This document shows, in pieces, positions 1 to 5,938 of a stretch of 13,140 nt of DNA (its first letter is position 1; each line of letters starts with the position of its first letter). Source of the DNA: Ignisphaera sp. GTDB lineage: Archaea > Thermoproteota > Thermoprotei_A > Sulfolobales > Ignisphaeraceae. The notes under the pieces were generated by a model. That model saw only the letters and a list, made by a program, of their open reading frames with translations. It did not search any database and had not been told where the DNA came from. The translations under genes were made by a program, and so were the position numbers. The stretch is from the NCBI GenBank assembly GCA_038821645.1, contig JAWBDT010000026.1, forward strand, positions 1-13,140, given 5' to 3'.

Positions 1-1130
1 CTACGTGTTGAAACAAGTAGTATGAGAGTTCTATTGATTCCTCCAGCTTCACTAATTAGCCTCTTTGCTTCCTCAGGATCATAGCTATATGGTTCTAGAT
101 ACACAACGTTAGGAAATATAGGAGATACAATGCTTTTTGCTACTACAGCAAACCCCTTAGCTATATTCTCGACAATAGATCTTCTATCGACAACATAATT
201 CATAGCTCTTCTGATCCTTACATCAGGAATCCTCAAAGTATTTATAGCAGCTATAACGAATCTTACACCTGTCTCATTATATACCTTAAAACCTTCTTTC
301 TTTAGCTGAAGAGCTATCTCAGGAGGTATACCAACAGAAATATCTACTTCTCCAGTCTTTAAAGCAGTTATCCTCGAATTCACATCAGGTACAATCCGGT
401 AGATAACTATCTCTAACGATGGCTTCTTACCCCAATGATCATCAAAACGTTGAAGTTTTACATACTGTCCCCTCACGTATTCTATAAGCCTATAGGGACC
501 TGTGCCAATAACGTCATCTAGCGACTCGATCTTTCTATTCATATATTTTTCAGCCACATCTTTAGGTATCACAGCAACCGATAGATGAGCTAAATGTTCT
601 ATGAGTGGTGCAAAAGGTTTCCTAAGCCTTAATGCAAATGATGATGAATTGTATACAATAATGTCATCTATGATCGGCACACCTTCAGCATCTCTAAGAA
701 GCATTCTACCAATAGGGCTTATCTCCATTGATCTCTTGATGCTTGCTTCAACATCCCATGCAGTCAACTCTTTACCGTTATGGAACTTTACCCCGTCCCT
801 AAGCACAAAAAACCAAAACGTTTCGTTAATATGTGTATATTTTTCAACAAGTTGGGGAATGTACACGAGTTTTCTCTCAACAGGATCGTAATCTATTCTG
901 AAGAGACTTTCGTAGACTTTTCCAAGGATCTCGAAATCAGCAACGCTTGTAGCGTAGTTAATGTCTATTGTTGTGATATCCGTAGATATAGCGATCTTCA
1001 ATTCTCTAACATAACGAGATCCGTTACTGCCTCTGAATACACCTTCTCTAGACAAAACAATGTAGATCAGAGAACATGCTACAAAAACTACAGCTAAGAT
1101 GGCTATAATTCTAGCTGGAGATCTTGTCAT
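1..1130 (-). CDS. ABC transporter substrate-binding protein, family 5 (DppA/OppA/GsiB-like); 3' end lies beyond the window's left edge
   Basis: Not in the ORF track; translated manually from ATG at 1130 with a GAGGTGA RBS just upstream: MTRSPARIIAILAVVFVACSLIYIVLS (N-terminal hydrophobic anchor)...ELKIAISTDITTID...VYESLF...LRDGVKFHNGKELTAWDVEASIKR (family 5 signature)...GTGPYRLIEYVRGQYVKLQRFDDHWG...RITAFKTGEVDI...RRAMNYVVDR. Confidence 0.93.
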   Translation of the reverse strand, partial: MTRSPARIIAILAVVFVACSLIYIVLSREGVFRGSNGSRYVRELKIAISTDITTIDINYATSVADFEILGKVYESLFRIDYDPVERKLVYIPQLVEKYTHINETFWFFVLRDGVKFHNGKELTAWDVEASIKRSMEISPIGRMLLRDAEGVPIIDDIIVYNSSSFALRLRKPFAPLIEHLAHLSVAVIPKDVAEKYMNRKIESLDDVIGTGPYRLIEYVRGQYVKLQRFDDHWGKKPSLEIVIYRIVPDVNSRITALKTGEVDISVGIPPEIALQLKKEGFKVYNETGVRFVIAAINTLRIPDVRIRRAMNYVVDRRSIVENIAKGFAVVAKSIVSPIFPNVVYLEPYSYDPEEAKRLISEAGGINRTLILLVSTR

Positions 1131-1159
1131 TTTGTATTCACCTCGCATAGGTACCTAAG

Positions 1160-1208
1160 TTTAAACTATTTATGGGTTACCTCCAATAATATTTAAACTA
1201 TTTAAACT
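1160..1208 (-). promoter_or_regulatory. Putative promoter of the SBP gene with a 13-bp direct repeat containing TATA-like boxes
   Basis: TTTAAACTATTTA occurs at 1160-1172 and 1192-1204 (32-bp period). The minus strand reads TTTAAATA at 1190-1197 and 1199-1206, upstream of the RBS/ATG at 1130. Confidence 0.5.
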
Positions 1209-1423
1209 GTGAAGATAGGAATACACAAAATGCTGAGGATAGATAAACAGAGCACTAATACCTACTAAGTACGTGCACCACAATAGAGCGCTAGATCCAT
1301 ATAGGTATTGCTAGCTAATCTCTGGAAATAAGTTAAGTGTTGAGTACGGTATTGATGTATAAAATAGACGATAAGTTTAAGAAAATATATGGCTACTCAG
1401 TACTGGTGTGCAAGGTGTAGGTA

Positions 1424-1825
1424 TTGACTAAACACAGCGAGATAAAGAGTCTTTTAGAGAGATCTAGACGTTTCTACGAATCTGCTCTCTTTCAAATCGA
1501 TAAAGGGTTCTACGATCTAGCGATGTTTAGTTTTGAACAAAGTCTCCAACTCTTCCTGAAATCAGTTCTACTTATCTTGGGTGTAGATTACCCAAGAACA
1601 CATAGCGCTAGAAGACTTCTCGAGTTAATCTATGAACTCACAAACGATGAAGAGGTCAAAAGATTATGGATAGAACATAGTGTGGAATTAGCTCTACTTG
1701 AAGATGCCTATATAACCTCGAGATACATACCTAGAGACTTCAGAGTTGAAGAAGTATTGAGAGTGAAAGAAGCTGTAGACAAGGTGTTTAGAGTTGTCAG
1801 AAAAACTATTGATAAAGTTGGCTAG
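1424..1825 (+). CDS. HEPN domain protein (COG2250/PF05168-like), toxin-type partner of MNT
   Basis: 133 aa with a TTG start after GGTG-containing RBS-like sequence. Motifs GFYDLAMFSFEQSLQLFLKS, YPRTHS and EDAYITSRY match the thermophile HEPN family; adjacent to an MNT gene. Confidence 0.9.
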   Translation: MTKHSEIKSLLERSRRFYESALFQIDKGFYDLAMFSFEQSLQLFLKSVLLILGVDYPRTHSARRLLELIYELTNDEEVKRLWIEHSVELALLEDAYITSRYIPRDFRVEEVLRVKEAVDKVFRVVRKTIDKVG

Positions 1826-2165
1826 TCATAGAGCCGAAGTCTATAGGAATATTAGACACTACCTCAAGATAATTGTTGAAACAGTTAAAGAACTAGATAG
1901 AGAAGCCGAGGTCTATCTCTTCGGAAGCATTGTTGAAGGTACATACACGTTATCAAGCGATATAGATGTACTGATCGTCACAGATCATCATCCAGAAAAC
2001 CTGCTAGTGAAGTTGTGGGAAAGAGGGATAAAAGATCCGTTTGAGATACACATAATAAAGAGAGATATACTTGATCTCTATAGAAAAAGATCGAAATTAA
2101 TGAAAATAGAGGATACAATTGATTTTATCGACACACAGCATCTTGGAAAATCAATACAAATATGA
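1794..2165 (+). CDS. Minimal nucleotidyltransferase (MNT, Pol-beta superfamily), antitoxin-type partner
   Basis: 123 aa; VYLFGSIVEGTYTLSSDIDVLIV is the GS-x10-DxD motif, and PFEIH supplies the third acidic strand. Overlaps the HEPN gene by 32 nt; the exact start is uncertain. Confidence 0.9.
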   Translation: MSEKLLIKLASHRAEVYRNIRHYLKIIVETVKELDREAEVYLFGSIVEGTYTLSSDIDVLIVTDHHPENLLVKLWERGIKDPFEIHIIKRDILDLYRKRSKLMKIEDTIDFIDTQHLGKSIQI

Positions 2166-2350
2166 TATTTGAATAGATAGAATCTAAAATCTCTAAACTA
2201 AACACAATTTTGTTGCTAATTAATACAGAATTATCAAATAATATATAGTATGGGCTCTATATAACCCTATAGCATTGCAACTAGGACTATGGCTATAGTT
2301 GGTGTATCATATATCAACTAATTACATTCACAAACATATCATAATTATCT

Positions 2351-2370
2351 ATTTATGTTTAAACATAAAT
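2351..2370. repeat. Perfect 20-bp palindrome ATTTATGTTT/AAACATAAAT
   Basis: Read directly: 2351-2360 atttatgttt is the exact reverse complement of 2361-2370 aaacataaat. Confidence 0.85.
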
Positions 2371-2581
2371 TAAATAATGCACCAATCATAAGTTAAAAAC
2401 AGCTACATGATATAGTTATGAGATGTAAAAGATAATAGTCGTAATATCACGATCTACTATACATTATATGGTACACTATAGCATAAATTCTGTCAAAATC
2501 TATATAGATCTCTTGGCTAGCTAAAGTTTAGAGCTCGGTATCTATGATTTCCATGTTTAATTATTTGGTTAGGTAAACACT

Positions 2582-2790
2582 ATGAATATTCTACTGAAAT
2601 ATGATTATTTGGAAGTGTTTAAAACAAGTTACGCTATAGCGTTTGGTTAAGGTTTCTAGAGACTAAAGAGAATTATAGATATTGCTTAAAATCTTGCTCT
2701 AGTGATAGAAAACAATTGAATCAGTTAACTGATGCTAGAGAACTAACAAAGTTAATCAAGATACATTATCACTATGCTACTTAACTGAAG
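2582..2790 (+). pseudogene. Possible heavily degraded nucleotidyltransferase (MNT-like) remnant
   Basis: From ATG 2582 (AGGT upstream) the frame reads MNILLKYDYLEVFKTSYAIAFG*GF*RLKRIIDIA*. This resembles the MNT hhhFGS...DhDhA motif, with TAA at the Ser position (TCA>TAA would be one substitution). Other frames downstream give RELTKLIKI and LLN, like the MNT C-terminal half. Many stops, so weak. Confidence 0.35.
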
Positions 2791-2810
2791 TAGTCATGTA
2801 ATACAATACC

Positions 2811-2864
2811 TTTATATAACCAAAGTAAGTATCTTAGAATAATACTTTAAGTATCTTAGAATAA
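2811..2864 (+). promoter_or_regulatory. TATA box plus 17-bp direct repeat upstream of the pyrimidine dimer glycosylase gene
   Basis: TTTATATA at 2811-2818; TAAGTATCTTAGAATAA at 2826-2842 and 2848-2864; GGAGGT RBS at 2882-2887. Confidence 0.6.
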
Positions 2865-2896
2865 GACACATACATCTTGATGGAGGTACCTAATAG

Positions 2897-3379
2897 ATGA
2901 GGTTATGGTCTATCCATCCAAAGTATCTAGATAGAGTAGGTCTTATTGCTCTCTGGAGAGAAGGTCTTCTAGCACAAAAAGTTCTTGAAGGATCAACAAA
3001 AGGTTACACAAACCATCCACAATTGACGAGATTTAAACAATCACAGAACCCATTACTATCTATTGGTACATATCTCTACTATGTATATCTTGAAGGCATA
3101 AATAGAGGATACAAGTTCAATCTAAATAAAATCAAGGTATACGATACATCTATCACAGGCTTTATACCAATAACATCTGGACAAATAAGATATGAATACA
3201 AGCTGCTCTTATACAAACTATCATCTAGAGATCATCAATGGAGGAAACAGATAGAATGTATAGAGAGAATAGATGTGAATCCGGTCTTCTATATAATTGA
3301 AGGACCGATATCTGAATGGGAAAAGCCTAGAGATTTCTTGCTAAGAGACGAAGATAGCGAGAGCATCAAATGTGTATAG
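2897..3379 (+). CDS. Pyrimidine dimer DNA glycosylase / T4 endonuclease V-like (Pyr_excise family)
   Basis: N-terminus MRLWSIHPKYLDRVGLIALWREGLLAQKVL..KGYTNHPQLTRF is characteristic of the Micrococcus-type Pdg family. R2, R21 and E22 align to T4 endoV R3, R22 and E23. GGAGGT RBS present. Confidence 0.9.
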   Translation: MRLWSIHPKYLDRVGLIALWREGLLAQKVLEGSTKGYTNHPQLTRFKQSQNPLLSIGTYLYYVYLEGINRGYKFNLNKIKVYDTSITGFIPITSGQIRYEYKLLLYKLSSRDHQWRKQIECIERIDVNPVFYIIEGPISEWEKPRDFLLRDEDSESIKCV

Positions 3380-3466
3380 AACTTTGGAACCAGGCATAGG
3401 GCTACAATAATGATTTGGTGCAAAAGTGTTAAACTTCAATGAGTAGTGTAGTGGCTGTTGTATTGA

Positions 3467-3480
3467 TTTAAAAAAGCTTT
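3467..3480 (-). terminator. Possible oligo-T terminator for the ferritin-like gene
   Basis: A-run at 3470-3475 reads TTTTTT on the minus strand, about 50 nt past the stop at 3526, in a convergent intergenic gap. Confidence 0.3.
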
Positions 3481-3525
3481 ACCTGTTGAAGATGTTAGAG
3501 CCATCTATTAGCTTTATACTTAATG

Positions 3526-3996
3526 TTATCCTCCTGGAGTTCCATGCCATGGACTGTCTCTCCATATAGCACTCCACATATCTTCTTCATTAACAACATA
3601 TTCGGTAGCCACATTATCTCTAACGCTGGTTAAAACTTTATGATGCTTAACTTCATCTTCATGTATAGCCATTATCAATAACTTTATTCTAGGATCACCG
3701 AATTTAGTGAAGAGCTGTTTTGTTGTCTCCATCATCTTTAATTCAGTTTCTATATGTCTCTCAATTTCTTCTTTAAGAATTCTAAATTCTTCTTGAGAAA
3801 TAGCTGGTTGGTATCTAGCGATAAGCTCTATGATAGCTGTATAGAATTGTGCATGTTTTTCACTATCGCTAGCAATACCTATTAATAGTGCCTTCATAAC
3901 TGGATGGTTAATTCTATCTGCTAAAACCTTAAGGCTTTCAGCATATTTTTTCTCCATATCAACTAGATACTTAAATATTTCAACATCTTCAACCAC
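3526..3996 (-). CDS. Ferritin-like / rubrerythrin-related four-helix bundle protein (no rubredoxin domain)
   Basis: 156 aa, GTG start with AGGTGG RBS (4003-4008). Duplicated helical pattern E15...DSEKH(44-48) and E85...DEVKH(114-118); C-terminal tail WRDSPWHGTPGG. Confidence 0.85.
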   Translation of the reverse strand: MVEDVEIFKYLVDMEKKYAESLKVLADRINHPVMKALLIGIASDSEKHAQFYTAIIELIARYQPAISQEEFRILKEEIERHIETELKMMETTKQLFTKFGDPRIKLLIMAIHEDEVKHHKVLTSVRDNVATEYVVNEEDMWSAIWRDSPWHGTPGG

Positions 3997-4370
3997 TATG
4001 AACCACCTAAGACATGTATTGGGATTCTAAGAATTTAAGAATTATCTAGATAAAAATTACCGAAATACTGCTATAGTTCATAGAGGAGTTAGTAAAGGAT
4101 TTAAAAGTTATACATGAAGGTTATGTTAATATTGTAGAGAAGAATAGAGATATGCTGTAGGTCATACAGTATGGGTTAAACAATTCGATACGATATAATC
4201 TATATCCATTCTCTAAATTGTAGAAAACTGTTTCTAAGTCAAGATCTTCTAGTTTACTAAATCTATAACCATATCTATATTCTATAATATGTTTATTGAA
4301 TTGATATTAATATGGGTAACAGTTTATTAATTTTCTGTATTTCCACAAAATCACTTGATGAATCAAATTG

Positions 4371-5531
4371 ATGTGGCTATTCATCATCTCTATTGTATAT
4401 GGTGTATTAGTGTCGCTAGATCCTATACTGTTTGTATTTATAGCATATAATTTAGAGGTTTCTGGTACATATATGGGGTTGTTGAGCGCTATATGGAGTA
4501 TAGTGTATGTCTTGATTAGTAAGGCATTGAACAGAGTTGCTGATGAGGGTTACAACAAGTTCTTATTATTGTTTTCATTTGGATTCGCAGGTATTTCATA
4601 TCTATGCTTTAGATCATTGAATCATGTAACAGCACTACTATCATATACTATGCATGCTGCTTCTGTAGCCTCAATAAATCTAGCTATTTCTGTAACAATG
4701 CTCGAAAACATTGATAGCGATTTATGGCAAACATCATCAATACTCCAGAGATGTTTAAGTAGTCTTGCTAGAGGTGTTGTTCTTATTGTGATGGCGTTTG
4801 AAGGAGTTCTATCCATACATAATCTGTTTTATGTATCTCTAATACTTGCGATAATATCGCTTATTCTAACCCCATCTATATCTATAACATTTGAGAGGAG
4901 GTTCTATAGATTGAGTAGAAGTCTAGATGAGCTAGGAATGTACATTAAAGCATCATCATCTATACTATTTCTCGATAAACCGAATATAGCTCAATACATA
5001 TTTACATATTCTTGGAATAAATGGAGCACTATTCCATCCTACAAAATACTCATCTCCACAGCTATGACTACAGCTTTAGGAGAATATGTTTTCACAGTAT
5101 TACCCATTATATTAAGAAGGTATATGGTTTTGAACAATATGTGGATGGCATACGGAATTGCAGCAATATTCTCTGCTATAACAATAGCTATACTTAAAGA
5201 TCTTTCAACAAATAGACGAGGTTTCGCTATGCTGTTAATTGCGATAAGAACATGTGTTCTCGTATTGGGGTTATCGATAATCAAAGATCTAGTGTCATTA
5301 ACAATATACATAGTACTTTCATCACTACTCTATATGTTAATAGATATAACTCTATACAATATGTTTATAGAAGTTTCAGCAGGATTTTCAACAGCAAACT
5401 ACTTCATATCAAGAGAAATGGGATCTATTTTAGGATCATTAATAGGTGGGATAATGATAGCGTTTGGAGATACCTCATTTTTAGCTATAGCAACAGTTAT
5501 AGGATCCTTAGCAGCTCTAATACTGATATAG
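4371..5531 (+). CDS. Divergent MFS-type transporter
   Basis: About 386 aa with roughly 12 hydrophobic segments in two halves split by a polar loop (ERRFYRLSRSLDE). LNRVADEGYNK after TM2 resembles a degenerate MFS motif A, and REMGSILGSLIGG resembles MFS TM11. Start is TTG 4368 or ATG 4371. Confidence 0.72.
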   Translation: MWLFIISIVYGVLVSLDPILFVFIAYNLEVSGTYMGLLSAIWSIVYVLISKALNRVADEGYNKFLLLFSFGFAGISYLCFRSLNHVTALLSYTMHAASVASINLAISVTMLENIDSDLWQTSSILQRCLSSLARGVVLIVMAFEGVLSIHNLFYVSLILAIISLILTPSISITFERRFYRLSRSLDELGMYIKASSSILFLDKPNIAQYIFTYSWNKWSTIPSYKILISTAMTTALGEYVFTVLPIILRRYMVLNNMWMAYGIAAIFSAITIAILKDLSTNRRGFAMLLIAIRTCVLVLGLSIIKDLVSLTIYIVLSSLLYMLIDITLYNMFIEVSAGFSTANYFISREMGSILGSLIGGIMIAFGDTSFLAIATVIGSLAALILI

Positions 5532-5644
5532 ATAGAGTATTCCGTGTAGATAACATTTAAGCTACCGATTATAGTATGATATAGATTTGAATTAATATCA
5601 AGAGATTCAATCTTTAGTAAAGTTCTATGCAATGCTACCTATAT

Positions 5645-5822
5645 ACATCTGTAGTCCATCATATATGTGGAGCATTATTTCAAAAGAAGTCAAGGAGAAG
5701 ATCGTCAAAGAGGTTACGAAAGTCTTCGAGATCTTGATGTATATAATCATGTTATCTAGATAGTTATTCATGATGATTCTAAAGATAATCAAGGTGTTAG
5801 TGGAGAATTAGCTATGAAGGGT
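5645..5822 (+). pseudogene. 4-oxalocrotonate tautomerase (DmpI-like) family pseudogene
   Basis: Stitching three frames gives (T)SVVH/YMWSIISKEVKEKIVKEVTKVFE/DLDVYNHVI*IVIHDDSKDNQGVSGELA. This matches the 4-OT pattern PxVxI...SxExKxxIxxxVTxxF...IxIxExxKxNWGxGGxLA. Frameshifts near 5660 and 5730, in-frame TAG at 5757-5759; start Met and catalytic Pro1 are lost (ACA TCT at 5645-5650). Confidence 0.75.
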
Positions 5823-5938
5823 TTGTATAGTTTAGACTATAAAATAGATTTCGCTACAATAGTTATGTAGAGCTTCTTGTTCATAATCAAAAAATCTTTT
5901 ATTTTTGCTTTTTCTTCATCCAAAAGTTGTGAAGATAT

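Noticed and set aside
601-1097. Plus-strand ORFs 601-891 and 780-1097
   Set aside because: Antisense shadows of the well-supported family-5 SBP gene; no recognisable motifs.
1-1130. Family-5 SBP as the cellobiose importer for GH3/GH94
   Set aside because: Some archaeal family-5 SBPs do bind oligosaccharides, but this one looks DppA/GsiB-like, is divergently oriented and lies about 4.8 kb away behind unrelated genes; no support from sequence.
2826-2864. 17-bp repeat as a CRISPR remnant
   Set aside because: Only two copies, a 5-bp gap, a repeat that is too short, and no cas genes.
4622-5632. ORFs 4622-4816, 5039-5311, 5252-5560 and 5399-5632
   Set aside because: Overlap the MFS gene in antisense or alternative frames; no motifs.
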